A stretch of DNA of 64,000 bases from Candidatus Omnitrophota bacterium (GCA_963828495.1 CAWHFJ010000013.1:135952-199951); one strand, 5' to 3'. Shown: positions 9,524 to 19,270, numbered from the stretch's first letter. Notes: generated by a model from the sequence alone, not told the origin. Numbers and translations: made by a program.

Positions 9524-11764
9524 TTATCCTCCTGATTTGCGTTTCATAGCCACCAGATATTTACCAACCTCTACGGGTTCATATTTAGAAAGACAATAGC
9601 GGATCAAAACAATCAAGTCATCAAACTCGTAGAAATACGCCTGCGGGACTTGAGGTGTCAAAAAAATACGTTCCATAAAAATATACGGCGGCTTTTCGGC
9701 CTCCAGTTGGTCTAAAGTCTTTTGCAGCTGGGTATAACTAAAAAGACGCGTCACCATAAAATTGCGTACGGCCAGCGGCCTGGAATTAACCAGCGGAAAA
9801 TAATAAAAAAACGGTCGGCGATCGGCTTTTTGCAGCAGCAGCACTTCAAAACTGCTAAACACCGCCGCTTGCCCGCCTTCAGGTGTCAGGCGTCGGATCA
9901 ACGCCGTATCTTCAGGCCATGCGGTCTCTTGGGCATAATAAGCTTTCAGCGCCGCATGGTCTCTAAAATCGCTCTCAAGCTTCACTTGTTCGTCCTTCTC
10001 CCCCAAAGAGTTGACCGGGAGTTTAAACGTTTCAGGAAAAGCTGCCCAAAGCTGATTGACATAAGAAATTTGTTTAGGGCCCACGCGAAAGGCCGTGCGG
10101 CTGTCCACCAAAGGATTTCTGGAAACACTCAATAAATTGGGATATCTGGTAAACAGTCGATCTGTCACAAGGCAATAGAGTGAGATGACTACCAGCCCCC
10201 ATGCGATGCGTTTACGCCAAGGCCCAGGGGCTTTTTCTAAGGCCTTAGCTATCCAGTAAAAAAACAAAAAAATCCCCGCAATGCCCATGGTATACCATTG
10301 AGCGGCCATCAGAATGTAATAAGAATTGTTCTCCAGTCCATAGAACGCCAAAAGCCCGGCAAAAACATCGCGCCCGCGCGCCTCTCCAACAATGACCCGG
10401 CCGGCCACATAAAAAAAAGTCACCATATAAAACACCGCATACATCAAGCCGCCGAGACTCCACACACCATTGTCCCCTGAAAGCAGCACCGTCAAAGAGC
10501 CTGCCGTGGCCCCCTTGATAAAATAAGTGTTAAATTCCGCTAAATTTTTCCAAAAAGTCGCTTCTAAAAGGTGTGTGCCCACACTCCCATAAAACCACAA
10601 TCCGGCCCATAGCCATACACTGATGATGGCCAAGGCATGATTACGCCAGAGTGGTAAATTTCTGCCGCCCCCCAGACAAGGCACACATGCCGAAACACCG
10701 GCGTAGAGCACAAATACCAGGAACATATATGTACCCGTCGACAACATATGGAACACCCCTAATGAAACGAAAAATGCGGCCGTTGCTAAAAAAACCGTAC
10801 GGCGCGTCTGCATATGCATCCACAACATCCAGAAAACCCCTATGTCAAAACAAAAACGAAAAACCGAGGCCATCATCGTCGCCCAGATAATAGGCTCAAC
10901 CCTCAAATTAAACATCTGCATGCGCATGGCGCATACAACGGCGGCAAAAGCCAACAGCGGGGACGCCAAAAAACGCCTCAGCAAAAGAAACCATAAAACG
11001 AAATAAATAATCCCCACCCACATCACAATACCCAGCAGCCTGGCATAGTCAAAGCCGCCCAGCCAAGTAACAATTTTAGCCAGTATGACAGAAGCCCCGA
11101 ACCCGTAGAAGGTGACCACATCTATACCGGGTATGGCCCCGTGAACAATGGCGTACGCAGCCCCCAACACATCAGCGTCCCAATTATGAAAATAATCCCC
11201 CAGGTATTGCATGGCGACGACGGCCTGCAAGTCAGGCATAAAAATCACTAAAAAAATAAAGAGACACCCAAGGACAACGCCCACCCATGGCCTTACGTTC
11301 AAAGCCCTCCAGCTATTCTTAAAATAAGACATGCCCTCTAAAAATTCCGACCAGAAAATTGATATCAGAACACCCGCTATAAAAGCTCCCCAAAAAACCG
11401 GCCATGCCCACACCGGGTTACCTACGGCCACTACCTCAAACCCGGCGTGACACATCAGGCCAACGATCAACATATGGAACATCAAAAACGGATTAAGATC
11501 CCATTTGGATTGCGCTTTATTAAACTGCATCACCCAACACAAACAGGCAAAGATAGCTGTGCCCGACACTAGCCATATCCCATACAAAAATAAATCCCGC
11601 TGCGGTTGAAAAGTCCTCTGATACTGCCACAATATCGAATGGACGTAAGAAAGATCTACGGCAATGGGGACCCGGCTCAACAGCGCGCTGACAACCAGAA
11701 TAAGCTCAACGGACAGTACCGTTGCTGTTAGCGCCATAACTATATTCTTCATCTGCCGATCCAT
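9524..11764 (-). CDS. large polytopic membrane protein, tandem paralog 4 of 4
   Basis: 746 aa. Shared blocks: YLGDYFHNWDADVLGAAYAIVHGAIPGIDVVTFYGFG, SVSRNPLVDSR, LPVNSLGEKDE, RPFFYYFPLVNSRP, and the ending KYLVAMKRKSGG. Its stop lies 1 nt from the next start. Confidence 0.75.
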   Translation of the reverse strand: MDRQMKNIVMALTATVLSVELILVVSALLSRVPIAVDLSYVHSILWQYQRTFQPQRDLFLYGIWLVSGTAIFACLCWVMQFNKAQSKWDLNPFLMFHMLIVGLMCHAGFEVVAVGNPVWAWPVFWGAFIAGVLISIFWSEFLEGMSYFKNSWRALNVRPWVGVVLGCLFIFLVIFMPDLQAVVAMQYLGDYFHNWDADVLGAAYAIVHGAIPGIDVVTFYGFGASVILAKIVTWLGGFDYARLLGIVMWVGIIYFVLWFLLLRRFLASPLLAFAAVVCAMRMQMFNLRVEPIIWATMMASVFRFCFDIGVFWMLWMHMQTRRTVFLATAAFFVSLGVFHMLSTGTYMFLVFVLYAGVSACVPCLGGGRNLPLWRNHALAIISVWLWAGLWFYGSVGTHLLEATFWKNLAEFNTYFIKGATAGSLTVLLSGDNGVWSLGGLMYAVFYMVTFFYVAGRVIVGEARGRDVFAGLLAFYGLENNSYYILMAAQWYTMGIAGIFLFFYWIAKALEKAPGPWRKRIAWGLVVISLYCLVTDRLFTRYPNLLSVSRNPLVDSRTAFRVGPKQISYVNQLWAAFPETFKLPVNSLGEKDEQVKLESDFRDHAALKAYYAQETAWPEDTALIRRLTPEGGQAAVFSSFEVLLLQKADRRPFFYYFPLVNSRPLAVRNFMVTRLFSYTQLQKTLDQLEAEKPPYIFMERIFLTPQVPQAYFYEFDDLIVLIRYCLSKYEPVEVGKYLVAMKRKSGG

Positions 11765-12276
11765 TTTTTAATCCCCCCCGCGATGGCATCAAAAATAAAA
11801 AAAAGATTCTTTTTTCTGGCGACCCGATAACGGCCGTCTTTCTCAATGATATCTCCCGAGCCCATCAGCCGCCGCAGGCGCAAATCCACAATGGTTTGAG
11901 CATTATACCGTTTTAAAAGTTCTTGCCGGGAAATACCCTTGGCGCCTGCCCTGGCAATTTCACGGACCAGACGCATACGCACAGAGGTTTCATAGGGCCC
12001 AAACACGCACAGCACATACACAAAACACAATAATCCGTTGACCGCCATGGCCAATGCCCCTGCGCAAACCCAGGCCTGCAGGGACGCCTCTGCCCATTTC
12101 CAAGTAAAAAGCACGGCCATCAACAGCGCGGGAAGTCCCGCGATAGCGATGACGGTCATGGTCAATGATTTCAATAATTGTTCGGGGGAGATCCACCGGA
12201 AGGTCAGCCAATGAATCAATAAAAAAATGCCGAATGAAACAAACCCCACGCCCACCGTCAAAACATCTATGCCCAT
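11749..12276 (-). CDS. membrane-tethered winged-helix protein (about 4 TM helices plus a C-terminal wHTH-like domain)
   Basis: Hydrophobic N-terminal two thirds, then VRMRLVREIARAGAKGISRQELLKRYNAQTIVDLRLRRLMGSGDIIEKDGRYRV, a MarR/ArsR-like helix-turn-helix plus wing pattern. I moved the start to the internal ATG (MGIDVL...) just downstream of the upstream stop; the track start at 12333 would overlap by 50 nt. Confidence 0.55.
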   Translation of the reverse strand: MGIDVLTVGVGFVSFGIFLLIHWLTFRWISPEQLLKSLTMTVIAIAGLPALLMAVLFTWKWAEASLQAWVCAGALAMAVNGLLCFVYVLCVFGPYETSVRMRLVREIARAGAKGISRQELLKRYNAQTIVDLRLRRLMGSGDIIEKDGRYRVARKKNLFFIFDAIAGGIKKWIGR

Positions 12277-12283
12277 AAACTCT

Positions 12284-12772
12284 TTAACCCCCGATATCAC
12301 GCCCCAGGACACGCTGCATGATATCCAAAACAACCGCGATTTTTTTACCCTCCGGACTCAAGGTATACCGGCCGGCCGTCTCTGTCACGCAACCGCTGGC
12401 GCACAAATCCTTTAAACGCGTGGTAATAAAATCTTCCTTTTGCACACAAGCCACAATGTCGCTATGTGCTAATTCTCCCCGTTGAGAAATAGCCAAAAGG
12501 ATCTTTTTAGAAGGGCTGGTCAATTGAGTCAGCACGTAAAAACACAAATACACAGGGACCAGCAACAAAAAAATAACCCCTGCGGTGATTTTAAATGGCA
12601 AACCCCAATGCGGCAGGGCTAAAACGCCTCCGGCATAAATACTCAAAAAAACAAAACCTATGACGACATACGCCTTGGCCTGTAACCCTGCCTTGGTCGT
12701 TCGGCGGCAGAATCCTATATGAACAATCACCGAAGCTATAAACAATCCCAGAGCGAAAACAACATACAACAT
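12284..12772 (-). CDS. membrane-tethered winged-helix protein, paralog of 11749-12276
   Basis: 3-4 TM helices, then SPSKKILLAISQRGELAHSDIVACVQKEDFITTRLKDLCASGCVTETAGRYTLSPEGKK. The start is taken at ATG 12772 (MLYVVFALGL), 2 nt after the SDR stop; the track start at 12793 overlaps the SDR gene. Confidence 0.55.
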   Translation of the reverse strand: MLYVVFALGLFIASVIVHIGFCRRTTKAGLQAKAYVVIGFVFLSIYAGGVLALPHWGLPFKITAGVIFLLLVPVYLCFYVLTQLTSPSKKILLAISQRGELAHSDIVACVQKEDFITTRLKDLCASGCVTETAGRYTLSPEGKKIAVVLDIMQRVLGRDIGG

Positions 12773-12773
12773 G

Positions 12774-13601
12774 TTATCGGCCTTTCCAATCATTGCCCTG
12801 CCGGCGCAACTTATACATATGAGGGTCTTTCAACAACTTTTTTGTCAAGGCAGTCTTTCCCCACTGATCAAAAACCACGCTAAAATTACGGCCGCCCACC
12901 ACACGACGTTCGGCGCCAAGAAGCCAATCACAACAATCCAGAACTGTTTCCATCGGCGTGCACTCGTCCCCGGAGAGCTTGGCGATAGTCTTTTGATAAT
13001 TGGCCCCGGCTTTGGGGCCTGCCTGCAACGTCGCTTGATGAATTTTGGTTTTGACCCACCCCGGCCCCATAATGACAAAATGCGTGTCCGGGATTTCCGC
13101 ATCCAATAACTCACACATTTTAATCAACGCGATCTTGGATACCGTATAGGCTGAATAATTCACCGGTGCACTGTTGGTCCCGCCGCCCGCGAAAAACAAG
13201 ACCACCGGAGGATGTTGGCCCTTTGTGTTACGTGATGGTAATAATTCATGCACCGCCTGTAGCTGTCTGATAAAATTCACTTCCAGGGACTTGACCCATC
13301 GGTCAAAATCACAATCCGTAAAAGCTCCCACCGGCTCCTGCGTCCCCGGGCATAAAATCAAATAATCCCAGGATTTAACCGTCAAACGCAATTGAGCACA
13401 CGTCTTGCGCAGGGACAAATTATTCCCCACGTCGCACTGAAAGGTTTGGACACCGGATTTTTCCAAATCATCGACTAAAGAAGACGGCGTCCTGTACGTG
13501 CCGTAAACCTCTAGCCCCTTACGCCTCCACCTTTTGGCCAAAGCATTCCCGATGTCACTCGAAATCGAAATAATCACCGCTTTTAAAGCCTTTTTCTTCA
13601 T
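12774..13601 (-). CDS. short-chain dehydrogenase/reductase (classical SDR)
   Basis: N-terminal KAVIISISSDIGNALAKRW nucleotide-binding turn and YTVSK (YxxxK) active-site motif. Confidence 0.75.
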   Translation of the reverse strand: MKKKALKAVIISISSDIGNALAKRWRRKGLEVYGTYRTPSSLVDDLEKSGVQTFQCDVGNNLSLRKTCAQLRLTVKSWDYLILCPGTQEPVGAFTDCDFDRWVKSLEVNFIRQLQAVHELLPSRNTKGQHPPVVLFFAGGGTNSAPVNYSAYTVSKIALIKMCELLDAEIPDTHFVIMGPGWVKTKIHQATLQAGPKAGANYQKTIAKLSGDECTPMETVLDCCDWLLGAERRVVGGRNFSVVFDQWGKTALTKKLLKDPHMYKLRRQGNDWKGR

Positions 13602-13610
13602 GAATCAACC

Positions 13611-13832
13611 TCAAATATTGTCTTTGATAAATTCATGTGTAATACCGTGGGTCTGCAAATAATCTTTATACACCGCTTCGTCTAAAGTATTTTGAAAATA
13701 CCCGTTGTAAAAAATGCCGAGCAGATATTTGCCGCGCTCAATGGTGCACAAGCGCCAATTGACGCTTGAGGACAACAGCAAAGCCAATAAAGTCCACCAA
13801 ACAATGTTGCGTCCCAAGATTTTCTTGAACAC
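13611..13832 (-). CDS. small single-pass membrane protein, unknown function
   Basis: The in-frame GTG at 13832-13830 shares one base with the TAG stop of the upstream gene (sequence TAGTG), suggesting coupling. Product is VFKKILGRNIVWWTLLALLLSS... The longer track ORF (to 13910) would lie inside the upstream gene. Confidence 0.4.
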   Translation of the reverse strand: MFKKILGRNIVWWTLLALLLSSSVNWRLCTIERGKYLLGIFYNGYFQNTLDEAVYKDYLQTHGITHEFIKDNI

Positions 13833-15895
13833 TAAACCCTCCGATATAGCATCAACATTGTCCCTATCATAAAAATAAAAAGCGCGGCAGTGGCGGTGAT
13901 ATACACCCACGCCCCACCGGGAGGATGATACGCAAATGCCACGCTATGCCTGCCTGCCGGGACCTCGAGGCCTTTAAAAGCACCGTTAATCCTCAGCAGT
14001 GGGATAGGTCTTGCATCTAAATAAGCTTTCCAGGATGTAGTGTAACTGTCATTGTATACCAAAATTTTGGGCCTCGAAAAATCCGTCTTCATCTCAAGCG
14101 TATTGACATCGAAATGGCTGACCGACAACTGCGGGGTGGGACCGCTCATAGGCTCCGGTACAGACCCAAAATCGTCATAAAGAACAATTTTATAACGGGC
14201 ATACCGCGCCAAAATATCCTTAGGCGTATGCTCGGATAAATCAAATGTCCATCGGGTGACTGATTGCGGGAAGCCCACTTCAGGCGGGGCATCCGTCATG
14301 CTCATATCATACCAAAAATCTTCATAATGGACGAATTGATAAATGCGGGAGGTGTCCACCGCAGGTTTTTCCGGACGCACCCAACCGAAAACAGGCTTGA
14401 CATGCATAGAAGGCAAAATGGATTTAAATTCCCTAGCGTTTAAAGCATACTCTCTTAATAGCCACGCGGGCTGCACAATCAAAAGAACCGCGAAGAGGCC
14501 TGTCCACAGTCTGCGGGACAAACGAAAGCCTCCGGCATAGTAAATCGCTAAAGCTACGGCGGAAGCGCCCAAGGTCACAAAAGAAACCGCGGGCACTCCT
14601 TGGAAATGTTTTAAAACCAAAAAAAGAACGGCATGCAAAACAATAACCCCGCAGATAATCCCTTTTTGAACACTGACGTCCTTGGGGTGAATATCCAACA
14701 GCATTTGCAATTGATACAGTCCCCATACAATCACAAGTGGCACTAAAAAGGCACCGAAGAAAAAAAGATTGCGGAAATACGCAAAGAAAAAAATATGCCT
14801 GTATAAAAATCCCAACAAGCCCGACGCATGGCCGCAAGAGACTAACCCCAGGATGACCGTCATGGCGCTTAAAAGCACGGTCAAACGTGTAAGCCGCAAA
14901 AAGAATGATACCCCTAAAAGAATATAAATCCATACGGGCAAAAAAAACAGCGAGTCGCTGCCATAAGTGATTTTGTCTAAATTCCCCAATAAATACTGCA
15001 GATCCAGGCGCTCACCCAAGGTCCCGCTGCGGGTGATTTCATCATACGACATCCCTCCCTGACGGCCCATCGTCCTGTCGAAACATTCCTGTGCGGAAGT
15101 ATACTGGCAATGCCGTCCGGGGGCGACCACTTCTCCGCTGGCATCAATGATCTTGTAGGCCAACAAAGGGGCCGCGGCCAACATAATCCCGACCGCGCAA
15201 AATAACGCCAAAAACCAGTGCTTGATGAGGAAACGGTACAAATCCCTGCAAAAATCGCGGGCCTCTCGGGCATATAAAAATACAAAAAGTAATATAAAAA
15301 CCAACGCCACCGTCAAAAAATAAAACGGCAGATAGGCGCTTATCAAAACCATCCCGGCGAAAGACAGTCCCAAAAAATGTCCCTTATTCTGCTGACGGGC
15401 AAAACATAATAAAAAAAAGAAAAACCAGATGGTTGGCACCACCAATTCCAAAAACGTCAGCTGGGTGAACATGGAAGCCCCAAAGCTGGAAAACATCAGC
15501 GCCACATACGCCAGATACGCCATCGCACGACTTTTAAGAATTGCCAAAGTCAAAAGATAAAACCCCGCGCATCCGATGAAAAAATAAACAACCATATAGG
15601 CCACAAAAGCGTTCGCGTAATTAATACCGGCTAATTTACACAGAGGCACGAGTTGGGTGACGGGGTTAAAAAGATTACAGATGGCAATGGCGTAAAAAGG
15701 CCGGCCGAGGCTGACAAAAGGCTCCCATAAAGGGAGTGTGCCGTTGAGGATATTATTGAAATAAAACTTGGCCACTCCGTATATGGTATTGGTATCCATA
15801 TTAACGGGGATGACACCAAAAACAAAATTGCGCATTAAGAATATCCATAATACGCAAGGAGCCATGAAGCCAAAAGCACGCAGCATGGCAGGCAT
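13832..15895 (-). CDS. YfhO-family polytopic membrane protein (GT-C-type glycosyltransferase candidate)
   Basis: 687 aa with many TM helices. N-terminal GTLPLWEPFVSLGRPFY, and a C-terminal pattern typical of YfhO-like proteins: TSWKAYLDARPIPLLRINGAFKGLEVPAGRHSVAFAYHPPG followed by a final TM helix. First gene of the long minus-strand operon. Confidence 0.6.
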   Translation of the reverse strand: MPAMLRAFGFMAPCVLWIFLMRNFVFGVIPVNMDTNTIYGVAKFYFNNILNGTLPLWEPFVSLGRPFYAIAICNLFNPVTQLVPLCKLAGINYANAFVAYMVVYFFIGCAGFYLLTLAILKSRAMAYLAYVALMFSSFGASMFTQLTFLELVVPTIWFFFFLLCFARQQNKGHFLGLSFAGMVLISAYLPFYFLTVALVFILLFVFLYAREARDFCRDLYRFLIKHWFLALFCAVGIMLAAAPLLAYKIIDASGEVVAPGRHCQYTSAQECFDRTMGRQGGMSYDEITRSGTLGERLDLQYLLGNLDKITYGSDSLFFLPVWIYILLGVSFFLRLTRLTVLLSAMTVILGLVSCGHASGLLGFLYRHIFFFAYFRNLFFFGAFLVPLVIVWGLYQLQMLLDIHPKDVSVQKGIICGVIVLHAVLFLVLKHFQGVPAVSFVTLGASAVALAIYYAGGFRLSRRLWTGLFAVLLIVQPAWLLREYALNAREFKSILPSMHVKPVFGWVRPEKPAVDTSRIYQFVHYEDFWYDMSMTDAPPEVGFPQSVTRWTFDLSEHTPKDILARYARYKIVLYDDFGSVPEPMSGPTPQLSVSHFDVNTLEMKTDFSRPKILVYNDSYTTSWKAYLDARPIPLLRINGAFKGLEVPAGRHSVAFAYHPPGGAWVYITATAALFIFMIGTMLMLYRRV

Positions 15896-15918
15896 TATAA
15901 CTGACTTGAGGCTTTAGG

Positions 15919-15930
15919 ACAATTAATTGT
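15919..15930. promoter_or_regulatory. perfect 12-bp palindrome ACAATTAATTGT in a divergent intergenic region (candidate operator)
   Basis: Read directly. It lies between the divergent starts at 15895 (-) and 15982 (+). Confidence 0.3.
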
Positions 15931-15946
15931 TATTAGCAAACGGGCC

Positions 15947-15975
15947 TTTACAACTCCCCGCTACTCTTCTAAAAT
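15947..15975 (+). promoter_or_regulatory. sigma70-like promoter TTTACA-17-TAAAAT; predicts a leaderless or near-leaderless mRNA
   Basis: TTTACA at 15947-15952, a 17-nt spacer, and TAAAAT at 15970-15975. Only 6 nt separate the -10 box from ATG 15982, and there is no SD. Confidence 0.4.
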
Positions 15976-15981
15976 GCCGTT

Positions 15982-17604
15982 ATGCCTTTTTTCAAAAGAC
16001 ACGCCAAATGCCTCCTATTGCTCCTGGTTTTTGGCACCGGTATCCTCATCACAGCCCCCTACGCCCGCCTTCAAGGTCCCCTGGCTCAAGGTGACCATGG
16101 CCGCGATCTTTATGCGGCCCAAGTAGTCCTTCGCGGAGAGCTCCCTTACAAAGATTTTTGGTGGGTGTACGGCCCCTTGATGCCGTATTATTACGGGCTA
16201 TTCTATAAAATTTTCGGGATTAAAATCAGCAGCGTCCTATTAGGCAAACTGCTCCTCAAAATCCTCGGCGGCGTACTCATGTGCCTGGCCATGATGGCAA
16301 CGAGCTCCTGGATCGTCGCCTATCTTGCGGCCTGCTGGTTTATGATCATGGCCTCAGACTTTTTCTTTACTTATAATCACATCGGCGGCATCGTCATGCT
16401 TGTGGGTGTGGTCTTTTGTCTTTTATCTTATATTCAAAAAAGCCGTCCGGCCGCGGCGTGGGGTGCGCTGGCTTTTATTTTACTCCTGAGTCTGATAAAA
16501 ATTAATTTCGGGCTAACCGCGTTAGCGATGTGTGTCCTGACTGTGGCGGTGAATGATGGGGTCAATCGACGGACTTTGAATACGGCCAAAAAAATTTTTT
16601 ATACTTTTGCCTTAATAGGGATACCTTTTTTAGTCTATACCATTTATTGGTCTTTATTAAAGAACTTGTCGGCGATGGAAATCCGCCAATGCCTTCCCTA
16701 TATAGAAGGCGATCAGCCTTACAACATTAGTCCCTGGGTCGCGACCATTACTTTTTTACAAATAACCTATCGTAATGCAACATCCAACTGGTGGAATTTA
16801 GCTTTGGCCGTACTTATCAATGTCAGCTTCCTGCGCAGCATATACCTCTTTGCGAAAAATAAACTGCCCTTCGCCCGTAAAATCACCTTGGGGCTATCTT
16901 TAGGATTGCTGGGCCTTTTTTGTCTAATCAATTTCCATGAATATCTTAAAAGCGGGGTGTGGTACCGGGGTTTCTGGGCCCAGCCTTTGAGTATGATGCT
17001 CTCCTTTCTGCTGGTCGACATAGCCGCCCAAAGTGTTCCTAAAATCCTACGCAAAATAGTTTTCTTGAGTTTAGCGGTATTGGTCGTCACTCCTTGGCTG
17101 AGTGCCTTGCCGTCATTGAAAGCCATAAAAACCGAAAGCCAATATTTGTCTTTACCGCGCGCAGGCGTTTATGTCATTAATGCCCCTGCGTGGATTATCA
17201 CCATCACAGAAACCACTGATTTCTTAAACAAAACCCTAAAACCTGACGAATTGTTTTTTGCCCTGCCGTATGATTGCCTCTATTATTTTCTAACAGACAG
17301 AAAATCTCCCACACGCCAGCTGATTTTCTTTGAGCATATCAAAATTCCGCCAGAGCAGGAAAAATCCGTGATCGCAGAATTACAAAAAAACAATGTCCGT
17401 TATGTCGTGATCTCAAGCCGTGCCTGGGCCCGTCAGGAGTTGGGGCTTGGTCTTTTAGGACAAACCTATTGCCCTTTAATCGGAAAATATATTGATGACA
17501 ATTTTGAGCCCATCGCCCGCTTCGGTGATTGGACTAATGAGCCGGGCTGGGCGTGGAATCATGGGACATTAATTCTTAAACGCAAGCAAGCTTCGCAACC
17601 TTAA
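15982..17604 (+). CDS. PMT_2/ArnT-like GT-C glycosyltransferase candidate (polytopic membrane protein)
   Basis: 540 aa. The first loop, GDHGRDLYAAQVVLRGELPYKDFWWVYGPLMPYYYGLF, resembles the acidic-loop motif of PMT_2/ArnT-type GT-C enzymes as I remember it. Multiple TM helices and a C-terminal soluble part (LFFALPYDCLYYFLTDRKSPTRQLIFFEHIKIPP). Confidence 0.6.
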   Translation: MPFFKRHAKCLLLLLVFGTGILITAPYARLQGPLAQGDHGRDLYAAQVVLRGELPYKDFWWVYGPLMPYYYGLFYKIFGIKISSVLLGKLLLKILGGVLMCLAMMATSSWIVAYLAACWFMIMASDFFFTYNHIGGIVMLVGVVFCLLSYIQKSRPAAAWGALAFILLLSLIKINFGLTALAMCVLTVAVNDGVNRRTLNTAKKIFYTFALIGIPFLVYTIYWSLLKNLSAMEIRQCLPYIEGDQPYNISPWVATITFLQITYRNATSNWWNLALAVLINVSFLRSIYLFAKNKLPFARKITLGLSLGLLGLFCLINFHEYLKSGVWYRGFWAQPLSMMLSFLLVDIAAQSVPKILRKIVFLSLAVLVVTPWLSALPSLKAIKTESQYLSLPRAGVYVINAPAWIITITETTDFLNKTLKPDELFFALPYDCLYYFLTDRKSPTRQLIFFEHIKIPPEQEKSVIAELQKNNVRYVVISSRAWARQELGLGLLGQTYCPLIGKYIDDNFEPIARFGDWTNEPGWAWNHGTLILKRKQASQP

Positions 17605-17672
17605 AATTCTATTGGAAAAGCGAAGATTCCTTGCTTGCGCAAATACAGATGTACTTTTCTATGCGGCAAGAA

Positions 17673-19270
17673 ATGAAACTTTCTCCGAAAACTATTTTTT
17701 TGCTCTTGACCATCCTGGCCGCGGGAATTTTTGTCTGGCCCGAGCTGAATTTCCAGGACTTGCTTTCCCAGGGCGACCATGGCCGTGATTTATACGCTTT
17801 TGACGCCGTGACTCATGGGAAATTGCCTTACAAAGACTTCTGGTGGGTCTATGGCCCCTTAATGCCGTATTATTACGGCCTGTTCTTTAAAATCTTCGGG
17901 GTGCATATGACCAGCGTATTTTTAGGACGGGCCCTGCTGGTCGTTATGTGTTCTGCCTTTTTTTATTTATCCGCCGTGTGCATTATGTCGCCGGGTCTGG
18001 CCTTCCTGTCCGCCGCCTGGTTTACCCAATGCCGTCAGGAATTTTTCTTTACCTATAATCATATCGGCGGTATCGCGGCTGAGTTAGTCATTCTCTGGTG
18101 TCTTTTATCTTATATCAGGGCCCCATCCATGCGTTATTTATGGGGTGCCGTCGCAACCGGATTTATTTTAAGTTTGATTAAAATCAATTTCGGGTTAGCC
18201 GCTTTAACGGGTGTAGTCCTGAGCACCCTGACCCTTGACCACGTCAAAAAACACCCTCTCATCATGCCCAAAAAGACATTCTACTGGATTGCAGCTCTCT
18301 TGGCTCCTTTAGCTATCGGCATTATTTACTGGGCCCTGCTTAAGGATTTGCCGTTTTACGCCATACGCCAATGCATGCCTTATTTCGGCGATGACCAGCC
18401 GTACCATGCCTCGCCGCTTCTGGTCATCCCTTATTTCCTGATGCAAAATTGGCTGACCTTCATCCACTCTTTCGTCGGCGTTGCCATCGGCATCGTCCTG
18501 CACGGATGCACTCTGTGGGGTTTGTATTTACTGGTAACCCATAAACTCGAGAAAACTCTACCGGCAAAATGTCTTATTAACGCTGGGGCTGCTCGGATTG
18601 TTTTTCGTGCTCTATTTCAACGAATTTTTAGTCAGCGCCATCTGGTATCGCACCTATTGGTCCCTGCCATTCCTGGTACTCTTTCACTTTGTGATGATAG
18701 CCGTTGCTTTTAAATTTATGCCTAAATTCCTGCGGGTATTCATCCTGATATTTTTATGGGGATTGACGATACTGGGGATTGTGGCGCATATCGGCAGCAT
18801 CCAAAGCCAAAAGCAACCCTGGCGCTATTTAAGCATGGACCGGGGACAAGTTTACGTCGGCAATGAGCCCCAATGGACACAGACCGTCAATACCGTCACT
18901 CGTTTTCTGAACACCACCCTCAAAAAAGACGATCTGTTTTTTGCCCTGCCCTATGACTGCCTCTACTACTATTTAACCGGCCGTGAAAGTCCCACGCGCC
19001 AATTGATTTTCTTTAACCATATCAAAATACCGCCCCGGCAGGAAATTGAGGTGATCAAGGAATTGGAAAGTAAAAAAATCGCTTACGTTCTGATGTCCAG
19101 CCGCATCATTTCCAATGAAACCGGCTTAGGCATCTTCGGCAGGACCTACTGCCCTTTGATTTCCCAATATATCCACGACAGCTTTATCCCCTTAACCCGC
19201 CAAGGCGGCGACTGGCTACCCCCCCGGCTGGGCCAATAATCACGGTGTCATGATCCTGAAGAGAAAATAA
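17673..19270 (+). pseudogene. paralog of 15982-17604, reading frame broken twice as assembled
   Basis: Shared blocks: GDHGRDLYAFDAVTHGKLPYKDFWWVYGPLMPYYYGLF and DLFFALPYDCLYYYLTGRESPTRQLIFFNHIKIPP. One frame change sits at an A-run near 18552-18556 (track ORFs 17631-18713 and 18598-19239). A second sits at a run of 7 C (19219-19225), after which ...GWANNHGVMILKRK* matches the paralog ending GWAWNHGTLILKRK. Confidence 0.75.
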
